A stretch of DNA of 63,955 nt, filler included, from Octopus bimaculoides (GCF_001194135.2; 8 parts of 7 records of this genome joined end to end with filler, not necessarily neighbours in it), one strand, 5' to 3'; positions 23,333 through 34,750 are shown, counted from the first letter of the whole stretch. The notes: generated from the sequence alone by a model not told the origin. Made by a program: numbers and translations.

Positions 23333-23678
23333 TTTCATCATCATCATCATCATTTTTTAAGGTCTGCCTTCCATGCTGGCATGGGTGTGACAGTTTGATA
23401 AGAACCAGCTAGGCAGAAGCCTGCACCAAACTTCTGTGACTGTTTTGGCAGGATGTTTACAACTGGATGCCCTTCCTAATACCAATCATTCAGCAGAGTG
23501 GACTGGGTGCTTTTAAGTGGCACCTGCACTGACAAGGTTACCAAGTACTTGCAAGACCAAAAAAAAAACTCTTTTGAGAGGGTGGCATTGGAGGGGGTGA
23601 TCTTGTATTGGATGATGAAAGGTTATAGTGAGGCAGAGAGACAGAAACAGGTACACGGTTACCCAGTCAGAGAGAGAG

Positions 23679-23713
<35 letters not shown>

Positions 23714-23900
23714 AGGAATGAAGACAGAAACAGGTGTACTGCCACAAAGGAAATACACGGTTACCCAACATCAGGGAAGTGTAAGAGAAGGAAAGAGAGA
23801 GAAGGAGACAGCAGGATAGAGATGGTGGCAAAGTGTCAGGCATATGCAATGATACAGTGGCACAGGGCCAAGAGGCCAGGACTGGAGAGTGAGAGGTAAG
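23333..23900 (-). mobile_element. RTE LINE 3' UTR/tail
   Basis: (CAT)n followed by TTCCATGCTGGCATGGG...ACAACTGGATGCCCTTCCTAA...GTGGCAC (revcomp of the RTE tail); the extent beyond ~23535 is inferred. Confidence 0.7.
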
Positions 23901-23929
23901 CCTGTGCATGAAGAGGAAATGTGAGGAAG

Positions 23930-24776
23930 AGAAGAGATGTACATTATTTACATTATTTACATTTGACAGATATTTGTCCTTGTCTTGTTTGTTGTTATAT
24001 AGATAAATAGATAGATAGATAGNNNNNNNNNNNNNNNNNNNNNNNNNNNNNNNNNNNNNNNNNNNNNNNNNNNNNNNNNNNNNNNNNNNNNNNNNNNNNN
24101 NNNNNNNNNNNNNNNNNNNNNNNNNNNNNNNNNNNNNNNNNNNNNNNNNNNNNNNNNNNNNNNNNNNNNNNNNNNNNNNNNNNNNNNNNNNNNNNNNNNN
24201 NNNNNNNNNNNNNNNNNNNNNNNNNNNNNNNNNNNNNNNNNNNNNNNNNNNNNNNNNNNNNNNNNNNNNNNNNNNNNNNNNNNNNNNNNNNNNNNNNNNN
24301 NNNNNNNNNNNNNNNNNNNNNNNNNNNNNNNNNNNNNNNNNNNNNNNNNNNNNNNNNNNNNNNNNNNNNNNNNNNNNNNNNNNNNNNCCATATGCTATTC
24401 ATATCTGCACTCGGTCTACTTAGGATGTTGTTGTGTCCTAGCATATGTGCTGCTTCTTTTAGTTTTCGTATTTTCCAGTGTTGTTCCTTGTCTATTATTT
24501 TAACTTCATCCCACAGGGGGAGGTGGTTTCCATTTTGCCATACATGATCAGCTATACCCGATTTATCAATATCTCCTCGTGTCACAGCTTTGCGATGTTC
24601 TTCTACCCTTATTTTGAGGGGGCGACATGTTTCGCCTTTGTATAATCTACCACAGCTGCATGGGATGGAGTACACGCAGTTTTTGGTCATATTCTCTTAA
24701 ATATAGAACTGTATTATTTACATTATTTACATTTGACAGATATTTGTCCTTGTCTTGTTTGTTGTTATATAGATAA

Positions 24777-24843
<67 letters not shown>

Positions 24844-25035
24844 GATAGATATAACTAAACATACATACATATATACTATTTACATTATTTACATTATTTA
24901 CATTCGACGGATATTTGTCCTCATCTTGTTTGTTGTTAACATAACATTTCGGCTGATACACCCTCCAGCCTTCATCAGGTGTCTTGGGGAAATTTCCACC
25001 CTGGGTTCTCATTCCTAAGGTATTTTTCGATGTTA
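23930..25035 (-). mobile_element. Penelope-like element remnant: GIY-YIG endonuclease between pseudo-LTR pieces
   Basis: 24388-24690: TKNCVYSIPCSCGRLYKGETCRPLKIRVEEHRKAVTRGDIDKSGIADHVWQ...KIRKLKEAAHM (GIY-YIG motifs VY..YxG, R, E). Repeated pLTR segments at 23938, 24712 and 24877-25035. Confidence 0.9.
24939..24983 (-). ncRNA. Minimal type-I hammerhead ribozyme motif in the PLE pLTR (family H1)
   Basis: Revcomp GACAC-CUGAUGA-A-GGCUG-GAGGGUGUAU-CAGCC-GAAA-UGUU-AUGU: intact CUGAUGA/GAAA core and 5-bp stem II; helix III/I mutated relative to the 61059 copy (CGUU-GUGU). Confidence 0.75.
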
Positions 25036-25039
25036 TTGT

Positions 25040-25660
25040 TATTATTATTATTATTGTTTTTTTTTCTTCTTTCTTCAAATTTTCTTCCATTTCTCGCCGA
25101 GTGATTTCCGTACACTTAGGGCAGAGAAACTCGTTGTATGCATTCCCAGTTTACACACGCAAATTCACAGGTAAAATATGTATGTAAAAAAAATTAATAA
25201 ATAATAGATTCAAGAATGGATGTTGTTTTCACAGCGATAATGCACTTCTCGGTACATGAGTCATTCCAGTTAACACAATTTTTTGCATTTCCTGTAGGGA
25301 TGGCAGGCCTGGTATCATTTTCAAATAGATTTCAGTACCTTTGTTTTATCATTCCTAGAGATCCTACAATCGCTGGCACGGTAGTTGCCTTGAGATGCCA
25401 CATTTTTTCAATTTCTATTAGCAAGTCTTTATATTTACTGATCTTGTCAAATTCTTTCGCCACTATATTGTGATCGCAAGGAATACTCATGTCAATTAAT
25501 AAACACATCTTTTTTGTCTGATCTTTTATAATGATATCCACTCTATTAGCTTTGATAGTTTTGTCAGTATGTACAGGGAAGTCCCAGAGAAGCGACACAT
25601 TTTCTCCCTCAGTCACAGCTTCAAGATGGTGTTTATACCATTTGTCAGCGGTTTTGATTT
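25040..25660 (-). mobile_element. 3' end of an R4/Dong-like RLE non-LTR retrotransposon
   Basis: ORF 25332-25709: KWYKHHLEAVTEGENVSLLWDFPVHTDKTIKANRVDIIIKD...LLIDMSIPCD...KISKYKDLLIEIEKMW...VPAIVGSLGMIK; (TTA)n on both flanks. Confidence 0.9.
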
Positions 25661-25822
25661 TATTATTATTATTATTATTATGTTTATATATATATATATA
25701 TATATGCATTTATATATATANNNNNNNNNNNNNNNNNNNNNNNNNNNNNNNNNNNNNNNNNNNNNNNNNNNNNNNNNNNNNNNNNNNNNNNNNNNNNNNN
25801 NNNNNNNNNNNNNNNNNNNNNN

Positions 25823-25862
<40 letters not shown>

Positions 25863-26299
25863 CACATGCATTCAAATACATGGCCATATGCATACATGTA
25901 CTTATGAGGAAAGAAAAAATCTTAAAATCAAACATAGATAAATATGCTTGAAAGAGAAATTTGCATCAGACACACATCTTCTGCATTTCAATGCAACCCA
26001 AGATAAACCAAGAGAAAAAGGTAAAAAAATAGGCTGGCACTGTGGTAGGGAAAGAGGAAGTTAGAGAGAAAAATAAGCAGAATATATTAATGATGCGATT
26101 GTAGTATTGATATACACCACTTGAAACAGTCTGTAGAATTGTCCGATTTAGAAATATAATCAATTCTTCTATAATTCACTTCATAATTATGAAAATATAA
26201 AAGCTTTTTACTTTAATATACATATCACTAATTTTGTGGTATTACAAGATTGTATTTGCATGGTATAGGCATAATCATACATACATATATATATGTGTA

Positions 26300-26352
<53 letters not shown>

Positions 26353-26433
26353 ACATACACACACATGTGTCTGTATATAAACATACATATATCTACAAGT
26401 ATATTTAGACATATATATATATATATATATGTA

Positions 26434-26610
26434 TATACTTTATTAAAAAAAGCAGAAAAAATATCACAAAAACTGTTACTCACAGTTTCACGTTCCCATT
26501 TGTTGGACAGTTTTGTTTAGAATTCTAAACAAAACTGTCCAACGACTGGTAACAGCAAACTCTGAGTAACAGTTTTTGTGATATTTTTGCTGCTTTTTTA
26601 ATAAAGCATA
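26434..26610. mobile_element. Palindromic MITE (~177 bp), TA-flanked
   Basis: TATACTTTATTAAAAAAAGCAG...TTGGACAGTTTTGTTTAG-AATT-CTAAACAAAACTGTCCAA...CTGCTTTTTTAATAAAGCATA. Confidence 0.85.
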
Positions 26611-26675
26611 TTACTCTACGTCCAGTATTCAAGTACTATTTTTTCCACCTTGTTTAGCATTTATGTACTTACTCT

Positions 26676-26747
<72 letters not shown>

Positions 26748-26748
<1 letters not shown>

Positions 26749-26790
26749 TAGCAATGCATCCCGGTGTTGCCCAGGTGTTATGACCTACAG
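26748..26790 (-). mobile_element. Possible Helitron 3' terminus (degenerate)
   Basis: Revcomp CCTGGGCAACACCGGGATGCATTGCTAG|T: imperfect GC hairpin upstream of CTAG; similar to 27633. Confidence 0.45.
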
Positions 26791-26869
26791 CCACATTGTA
26801 CTATTTGTTTCTTTCTTTTGGACACAATCGGCACACGAGGAGTATGAAGCAAACAACTCTTCTTTATAA

Positions 26870-27050
26870 ATATGTTTCTCGGTCATTTTCTGATGAACAA
26901 CGCTGCAATTTCCATCTACCAAATTCAGTCACACATCTGTGGTTGGCCTAGGGCTATAGTAGAAAACACTTGCCCAAGGTACCACACAGAGGGACTAAAC
27001 ATGGAACCATGTGGTTGGGAAACAAACTTCTGAACCACACAGTCGTTATT
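26870..27050 (-). mobile_element. SINE family B 5' half
   Basis: CTACCAAATTCA...GGCTATAGTAGAAAACACTTGCCCAAGGTACCACACAG.GGGACTAAAC..GGAACCATGTGGTTGG...AACCACACAG. Confidence 0.8.
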
Positions 27051-27419
27051 GCACCTAATATGTGTGTGTGTCTGTGTGTGTGTGTTTACATTTGTTGTTA
27101 AATCGAGTATTGTATCTCACTATGTCTCAAATTAGCAGTTCATCAAGCAGAGATCGACAAAATAAATGCCAGTTTGAAGTATGTACTGAGGTCAGTATGA
27201 TAATGAAATTTTTGGAGGTGATACCCCATCATGGCAACAGTCGAGAGACTAAACCCAGTAAAATAATGTTTAAAGACTTAATGGCTACAAATTTAAAATA
27301 ATGGATTGTTAACCACAAGATAATGAGTTCAAAACTTCGTATTGAACTTCCACTCTATATGATAACAGTATATGTACATCTCAGTCTACTTGACTTCCAA
27401 CAATTAACAATTGTAATTT

Positions 27420-27560
27420 GAAGGTGCACAGTGAAGGTGTTCCAGTCATGATTGTAAGAGTGTAGTTTCAATTCCTGGACTGGCAATGCATTGTTCTTGA
27501 GCAAAACATTTCATTTTATGTTGCTCAAGTTCACTCTGTTGGGAGAAATGAATAATCCTT
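27420..27560 (+). mobile_element. SINE family D head (degenerate)
   Basis: TTCAATTCCTGGAC...TGTTCTTGAGCAAAACATTTCATTTTATGTTGCTCAAGTTCAC, matching the revcomp of 29095-29165. Confidence 0.55.
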
Positions 27561-27632
27561 ACAGACCAATTTCCAGTTTAGGGGTGTATATATATTATAT
27601 ATGGTACAGAATCTGGGAAAATATATATATGA

Positions 27633-27740
27633 CTAGCAGAAATACCCGGCATTGCCCGGGTTAAAGAGAATAATGAAATCTAAAAACGCCCTCTAGACTA
27701 TGCAACCCTCAACTGTTAGTAGCTACGATACCATATTTCT
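27633..27740 (-). mobile_element. Helitron 3' terminus (non-autonomous fragment)
   Basis: Revcomp CCCGG-GCAATG-CCGGG hairpin, 8 nt, then CTAG|T. The 5' extent is uncertain. Confidence 0.6.
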
Positions 27741-28397
27741 ACATTAATAACTCTCCAATCCATGCCAGCATGGAACATAGACATTAAGTGGAATGCCAGT
27801 CTCTCATCTGGGAAGGCTTTGAAATCAATGTTACCAACTGGGGACTATGTGTGTCGCAGTGATAATAAAAAGACTCAAAGGAGGTCTGCAACGAAATAAT
27901 TTTACTCAACACTTTGCAAGTGAATCAGTTGACAATTTATGCACCACATTGCAGAAATCACAATGTAAGTATATCTGAAAGGATAGTCTTACACTGTTNN
28001 NNNNNNNNNNNNNNNNNNNNNNNNNNNNNNNNNNNNNNNNNNTTAATTAATTAANNNNNNNNNNNNNNNNNNNNNNNNNNNNNNNNNNNNNNNNNNNNTA
28101 TATGATATATCGTTGCTATTATGCAAAAGTGTCGTAAGAACAAAGATTGCTTTTTCAGAAAACGAAAAGATAGTTCCACTATTCCATAGCAAACCGCTGT
28201 ACTACATTTTGACAAATTTTGATATCTTGGCATCTGAAGCAGCTGGAGATACGATAGTTTGACCAAAAGAACCGCTTATTGCAAGCAAACATAAATATAG
28301 AAAATAACGCATTTAAATAGCAACGATATATATATAAACCCGTGTTTGTGTGTGTGTGTGTGTGTGTTCCTCTCACGGACACAGCTATCAAACCACA

Positions 28398-28512
28398 TCA
28401 TTTTGGCATTGATAAAATAAGTACCAAGTGATGACTGGGGAGGGAAGGATCAATGTAATCGACTTAGCCTCTATCCCTGAAACTTCCGGCCTCGTGCCAA
28501 ACCTTGAAACCC
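28398..28512 (+). mobile_element. SINE family A 3' fragment
   Basis: GATAAAATAAGTACC...ATGTAATCGACTTAGCC...CCGGCCTCGTGCC. Confidence 0.65.
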
Positions 28513-28914
28513 ATATTTGTATTTCCTAGATTGCTTCTTTTTTTGTGTGTGTGTTTGTGTATTACTCGAAATTGCTGGACCTCAACCGAGTTTCGATATA
28601 CATGAGATAGCATTTAAAAGCTTAATCATTTTACTCGAATAACTTCTCGCTCTGATGGTTAATACGTCTCTGGAATAAGAATAACGTACAAAATATTTTT
28701 TATAAATAGTAGAAAGTTGACTCACTCATTTGGCGATCGGTCATAAATTTCACTTCTGTCGTTTTGCATTTAGTATCATTTTATTTGTGGCCGGCGAAAT
28801 TTTGTGACAGCGTTTTGCTATACGCTTGAAACATCTTACGTAGTTATCCCTTGTCGTTGTTGTTATTATACACACATCCGCGTACCCACTTAAACATACA
28901 CACATTCATATTTA

Positions 28915-29219
28915 TATGTTGAGACCCCCTTTGGTCATGACTGACCATGGGATTGCACCTAGAAAGTTACCCTCCCAGGTACAAGACCGTGCAAGTTTGT
29001 TTATGGAAGACCAGCAGTCGCCCATGCATACCGGCCTCTCCGCGCCACCAGTGTTATCCAAGGGAAAGGCAAAGGCCGATACAGCTTGGCACCTGTGAAC
29101 TGGAGCAACGTGAAATAAAGTATCTTGCTCAAGAACACAAAACGCAGCCCGGTCCGGGATTCGAACTCACAACCTCACGAACGCAAGCTCGACGCTCTAA
29201 CAACTGAGCCATGCGCCTT
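28915..29219 (-). mobile_element. tRNA-derived SINE family D
   Basis: Revcomp head GGCGCATGGCTCAGTTGTTAGAGCG...GAGTTCGAATCCCGG (A and B boxes), followed by GTGTTCTTGAGCAAGATACTTTATTTCACGTTGCTCCAG (V/Meta-SINE-like central block). Confidence 0.85.
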
Positions 29220-29254
29220 CACCATATTTATATACATATATGATGATAAATACT

Positions 29255-29290
<36 letters not shown>

Positions 29291-29434
29291 CATATATATA
29301 TACATATGTATATATATATACATCCATATAGTTATACTATATGAATATTATAACCTATTTTATCAACCTACAACCTTAAAGTACCAGTCAAGTACATAAC
29401 CGATGACAATTGCAAACAATTACCTGCTGTACCA

Positions 29435-29474
<40 letters not shown>

Positions 29475-29475
29475 A

Positions 29476-29760
29476 TTCTTTTATTCTTTGACTTCAATCC
29501 TTAGCCTGTGGCCATGCTGGGGCACCACTTCGAAGAAATTCTGGTCGGCACTACTGATTTTTTTTACCTGCTAGAAATAACGACACTACTGATTTTTAAA
29601 AAAATCCTGTTATCCTGTTAAAAATCATGTTCCTCTTTTACGAGGAAATAAACACAACACCGGTTGTCAAACCGTGGTGGCGGGCTGGACAAACATGGGC
29701 ACAAAGACACACAAACACACTGACACTACACACATAGACATATACATGTATATATATATA

Positions 29761-29793
<33 letters not shown>

Positions 29794-29965
29794 AGATGGG
29801 GAGGGGAAAATAAACGACGGGATTCCTTCAATTTACGTCTACTAAATCTCCACTCACAAGGCTTTGGTCAGCTCGAGGCTATAGAAGAAGACACTTGCCA
29901 AAGATACCATGTAGTATGACTAAATTTAGAACCGTGTGGTTGAGAAGCAAGCTTCTGACTAGACA
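29476..29965 (-). mobile_element. SINE family B (near full length, internal (TG)n)
   Basis: GGCCATGCTGGGGCACC...CCGGTTGTCAA...CCACTCACAAGGCTTTGGTC...GCTATAGAAGAAGACACTTGCC...AACCGTGTGGTT. Confidence 0.8.
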
Positions 29966-30299
29966 GTTACACCTGTGTCTGTATATATATATATATAAAC
30001 AAAATGGGCTACGAGGCCAGTTGCATGTATATAAATTATATAGACAGGCAGATACAGGAACATCCAATACTGTACCATATAAATTCTTGATTCATTAAAA
30101 ATTATCTCTGCCTCTAAATGATTTATCATAATGACCCAAACTCGCTCCTCTGTGTGTGGGTGCGCGTCTGTGTGGATGTATAACTCCACTGTGATAAACA
30201 AAGATATTTTGCTGTTTTGCTTCTGATTTTGTTAATTTACATACTTTTCTGGCAATTATCACCACACCAAATTTCATATATAACAAGAGCGCAAACCTC

Positions 30300-30620
30300 T
30301 ACCAAGGCAACACCGACATCCTCCCAACGATTAGGCAGAGATAATTTTTAAAATAAGAATATCTGAAATAAACTCGAACGCTCTCTCAAACAAGAAAAAT
30401 AAAAATGAACCCGGCCGCTCTCAAAAATTAAGTAAAAAAAAAATCTGGAAAAGTAATCCATATTCTTTGTCCGTACCCGATCAATCACCAAAATCTAATC
30501 AGTTCATGCCAGTCCGAGGCCAAACATCCCATCAAGCGGTTATTAAGATATCTTGTCCACGGACAAACAAACGCGATTGAAAACAATACCTCCGCCTTCG
30601 CTAAGGTGGAGGTAATAATA
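30300..30620. mobile_element. Unclassified repeat ending in a 12-bp terminal hairpin (Helentron/HINE-like)
   Basis: TACCTCCGCCTT-CGCT-AAGGTGGAGGTA at 30587-30614, preceded by GGACAAACAAACGCGATTGAAAAC; the family assignment is inference. Confidence 0.4.
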
Positions 30621-30989
30621 AAAGCGAAATTTTGTCTGTCCGTCTGAGATTCTTGATCGATACCTTTTTGGAATCAGGATGATCCCGGGATTGGAAATCT
30701 GGCCATCATCAGGTTCTTGAACATCCAGCATTGGGATTTCATTTAAAAGCACTTGGGTTGTTATTTCTAGCAGGTAAAGCTTGGCTGATTCACGCCATCT
30801 AGGTGGTGCTTGTCAGGTGACGTCAGATATCAATGGAGAGACAAATGACTTTTGCTTCGTTGGCATAAGAACTTTGGGACAAATTGGCCGACAGTTGGAA
30901 TTTAACTTGGGACTAGAACGATAGAATGATTGCATTACAGAATTAATTTTCATCCATCCTTAACCTCTGTTTAAACACGACCAAGGCAT

Positions 30990-31106
30990 ATTGACATTAC
31001 AGACGTATTATACTAATGCTATTTATAACCACTTAGTTTTGGGCCGGAGGCTCAGTTAACTGGAACTAGCCCAAAAGTCCGCACGGTGTACGGCTTTTAA
31101 GCTAGT
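30990..31106 (+). mobile_element. Possible Helitron 3' terminus
   Basis: CCGCACGGTGTACGG imperfect hairpin (31079-31093), 8 nt, CTAG|T (31102-31106). The 5' boundary is uncertain. Confidence 0.45.
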
Positions 31107-31913
31107 ATAGAATAAACGTTTTGCTTTCATTATAAAATAAATTCTAATTTTTTTTCTTTTTCTTTAGTGACGTCTAGAAACAGTTTAATATATTGAAGAA
31201 ATATTAGAGGATGAAGAAGAGCATAAAGCAGACAGCAGAGATGACAATGAAACTAATAACTATAACTGCAACAAACTGACTTGGATTTCCTTTTTTTCAT
31301 TTTGCATTTTATTGTTCTCAGCTTTTTACTTAACACTTTGATATACGCACGTACGTGTGTGTGTGTGTGTGTGTATGTATGTGTGTGTGTGTGTGTGTGT
31401 GGCGCCCCAGCTTGGCCGCAGTTTAATGACTGAAATATGTAAGAAAGTAATACATATATATATATATTACTCAAGTACATATGTAATGAAGTACGTGTGT
31501 ACCTACATACACATACACACATTCACACCTGCATGCGCGCATGGTACGTACTCATTATATGTGTGAGTGCATGTGTCTGTATAGGCACGAATATATGTAA
31601 ATACATTTGAGATAAACATGTGCATGCGTGTGTGTATACACACACCCATATATGTATACGCACACACATTTATATACATATACGCATACACATGTTTATC
31701 ACAGATGTATTTACATATATTCGTGCCTATACAGACACACGCACTTACATATAATGAGTACGTACTATGCGTGCATGTAGGTATGTATGTGTATGTTGGT
31801 ACAAATGTACTTGAGTATGCATGCCTTCATTCATGTATATAAATATGTAAGTATGTATGAATGTGCGCATATGAGAGTATTGTAGTTCGCTTGAAGCATT
31901 GTGTATTGTTTGT

Positions 31914-32171
31914 AAAGAATAAAAAGTTTTCAATGGTACAACAAAGCACTATAATACAAAAAATGGACTATATGATGATATTTCGGAATAAAATTCCTTC
32001 TTCAGATATTCTTCGAAAACCGATTATGGCAGCGACTTCATCTAAGAATATCTGAAGAAGAAATTGTATTCCGAAATATCACGGACTTTGGATAACTAAA
32101 CTACAACAGGTATATAGTCCATTTTTTGTATTATAATGCATTGTTGTACCATTCAAAACATTTTATTCTTT
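31914..32171. mobile_element. Palindromic MITE (>250 bp, right end in a gap)
   Basis: GAATAAAAAGTTTTCAATGGTACAACAAAGCACTATAATACAAAAAATGGACTATAT ... ATATAGTCCATTTTTTGTATTATAATGCATTGTTGTACCATTCAAAACATTTTATTC; internal arms TTCTTCAGATATTCTT/AAGAATATCTGAAGAA. Confidence 0.85.
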
Positions 32172-32723
32172 NNNNNNNNNNNNNNNNNNNNNNNNNNNNN
32201 NNNNNNNNNNNNNNNNNNNNNNNNNNNNNNNNNNNNNNNNNNNNNNNNNNNNNNNNNNNNNNNNNNNNNNNNNNNNNNNNNNNNNNNNNNNNNNNNNNNN
32301 NNNNNNNNNNNNNNNNNNNNNNNNNNNNNNNNNNNNNNNNNNNNNNNNNNNNNNNNNNNNNNNNNNNNNNNNNNNNNNNNNNNNNNNNNNNNNNNNNNNN
32401 NNNNNNNNNNNNNNNNNNNNNNNNNNNNNNNNNNNNNNNNNNNNNNNNNNNNNNNNNNNNNNNNNNNNNNNNNNNNNNNNNNNNNNNNNNNNNNNNNNNN
32501 NNNNNNNNNNNNNNNNNNNNNNNNNNNNNNNNNNNNNNNNNNNNNNNNNNNNNNNNNNNNNNNNNNNNNNNNNNNNNNNNNNNNNNNNNNNNNNNNNNNN
32601 NNNNNNNNNNNNNNNNNNNNNNNNNNNNNNNNNNNNNNNNNNNNNNNNNNNNNNNNNNNNNNNNNNNNNNNNNNNNNNNNNNNNNNNNNNNNNNNNNNNN
32701 NNNNNNNNNNNNNNNNNNNNNNN

Positions 32724-32765
<42 letters not shown>

Positions 32766-33376
32766 GTGTGTGTGTGCGTGTATGCATGTATGTATGTATG
32801 TATGTATGTATGTATGTATATGTCAGTGTGCAAGTACGTATGTATATATTCATGGAATATGTATCCTCTTGGTGAATAGTAGCAAAAGCTCTCAACGTTT
32901 TAAGGAGTACTGTCAATTGCATTCGTCATTGGTAAGTCATTGACTTTTGCTCTGTTTAGATGACATATGCATCATACACATCGGCAGCAACACGGCGTGT
33001 ACAATATTTTGACGGCAGTCATTTCTATTTTACTTTATAACGCATTTTCCGTCGTTTGATTTTTCAATTGCTCATTTTATTCGATATTATATCGATATAT
33101 TTGACTCCTTAAACTTATTTTAATGAACCTTCAATCAACAAAACATAATTAAACGTTCTGAGTTCCTTCTCAGTTTTATGTCTCTATTCCTCGATGCTTT
33201 CTTCCGACCTGTTTTTCTATTTTTGTATATTTTTTTTTTTCACTTCTTTCCATCTTTCTGTCTTACCTTCCCTTCCCTTCATTTTTACATACGAGAAGTG
33301 AAAGATTACTCACCGTATGTGTGAAGCAGACTTCAAAAAGCAACTACAGCAAAATTCAACAACTACTAACGCTGCT

Positions 33377-33442
<66 letters not shown>
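33377..33442. repeat. (CTA)n microsatellite
   Basis: Direct reading. Confidence 0.95.
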
Positions 33443-33490
33443 AAGATATTAATTTGATGTTAGGGTTTCGATAACATCAACCGCAGTACT

Positions 33491-34170
33491 TCACTGGTAT
33501 TCTAGTTTTTCGGTTACAGACGAGTGAAAAGTAAAATTAGCCACAGAACTTAGAGCAGCGAAAGAGATTTNNNNNNNNNNNNNNNNNNNNNNNNNNNNNN
33601 NNNNNNNNNNNNNNNNNNNNNNNNNNNNNNNNNNNNNNNNNNNNNNNNNNNNNNNNNNNNNNNNNNNNNNNNNNNNNNNNNNNNNNNNNNNNNNNNNNNN
33701 NNNNNNNNNNNNNNNNNNNNNNNNNNNNNNNNNNNNNNNNNNNNNNNNNNNNNNNNNNNNNNNNNNNNNNNNNNNNNNNNNNNNNNNNNNNNNNNNNNNN
33801 NNNNNNNNNNNNNNNNNNNNNNNNNNNNNNNNNNNNNNNNNNNNNNNNNNNNNNGACAAATAATCGATGCGGACATCGAAGACCTCCGTCTGCAGTTTGT
33901 CATTTCTCGCGAACATCTCAGTAAAGTGCCGCAGAAAAGCGGCCCACATCTTCTTAGACTCAAGTATCACGTGGCCTATGCGATCTGATCTTTTCATTTT
34001 GTTTTTAGTAAGTCCTCACGTTGCACATCTGCTACCTGGGGTCATCTGACGGCTTCAGCGCTCACCAGTCTTTTGTACGCACGCGCTTTAGCTCGCTGGG
34101 TGTAGCTTTTGTGTTTAGAGCTAAAGAATTGTTCAAATGCCATTTTCGCCACTACCATTTCGGCTGGGAA
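33491..34170 (-). mobile_element. Possible L1/Tx1-like LINE ORF2 inter-domain remnant (interrupted by a gap)
   Basis: RAYKRLVSAEAVR*PQVADVQREDLLKTKMKRSDRIGHVILESKKMWAAFLRHFTEMFAR resembles the EN-RT linker of Tx1-type ORF2. Confidence 0.45.
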
Positions 34171-34514
34171 CTCTTTTGTATGTTAGCTACTAAATCTCTC
34201 TAAGTCTAATACTTTCTGTCAATACTTCCTTAATTCAGCTTATAAATTCAACACTAATTTTCTTCATTTTTTTCTCCGGGCTTACCTGTCATCTAATATT
34301 TGCTTATGGCATCGTCAAAACCCACATCATTAATTCGCTAATTCTGCCTTGTCGTCTCCGCCGTAAACAAAGTGTTCAGCTTCCAACAACTGCGCGCTCA
34401 TATTTCTATCTACGTTTACCTGATATCATGAAGTTGAAAATTCTGTAAACACTGAATCGGAAATATAGACAAATCACGCTATCCCCATCCGCTCTTCTAG
34501 AAGTGCCGCTTTCA

Positions 34515-34750
34515 TACAGGGTGGTGCAAAAGTAGATATACAGTTATGAAAAAGGAAAGCATGTACAATATTCATTTATTTTTTATAAAAGTATTATTAT
34601 GATTATGATAAATGTATTATAATGATTTATGACACTGAAAATATCAAAAATGAGGCTAATTTAATATGCTCATAATTTTAATGAATTAAGTATTATAACA
34701 TTGATATGATACTTACAATATACCTATTTTTGCACCGCCACCCCTGCATA
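34515..34750. mobile_element. Tc1/mariner MITE (236 bp)
   Basis: TACAGGGTGGTGCAAAAGTAGATATA / TATACCTATTTTTGCACCGCCACCCCTGCATA; AT-rich interior. Confidence 0.8.

Noticed and set aside
23938-24790. Near-identical pLTR+(GATA)n segments at 23938-24022 and 24712-24790 taken as a true tandem pLTR pair
   Set aside because: The first copy ends at a gap and both end in the same microsatellite. It could be real PLE structure but equally an assembly duplication, so I did not rely on it.
28915-29219. tRNA gene calls for SINE heads (also 43059, 44192, 45193, 57712)
   Set aside because: A/B boxes are present, but there is no complete cloverleaf with acceptor stem and each continues into a multi-copy SINE body.
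32870-32936. AKALNVLRSTVNCIRHW followed by GTAAGT (Tc1 HTH-like or exon)
   Set aside because: Too short; no TIR or further transposase motifs nearby.
34285-34450. Minus-strand exon ending at the strong donor CAG|GTAAG
   Set aside because: All three frames contain stops within ~50 nt upstream of the donor; at best a non-coding exon.
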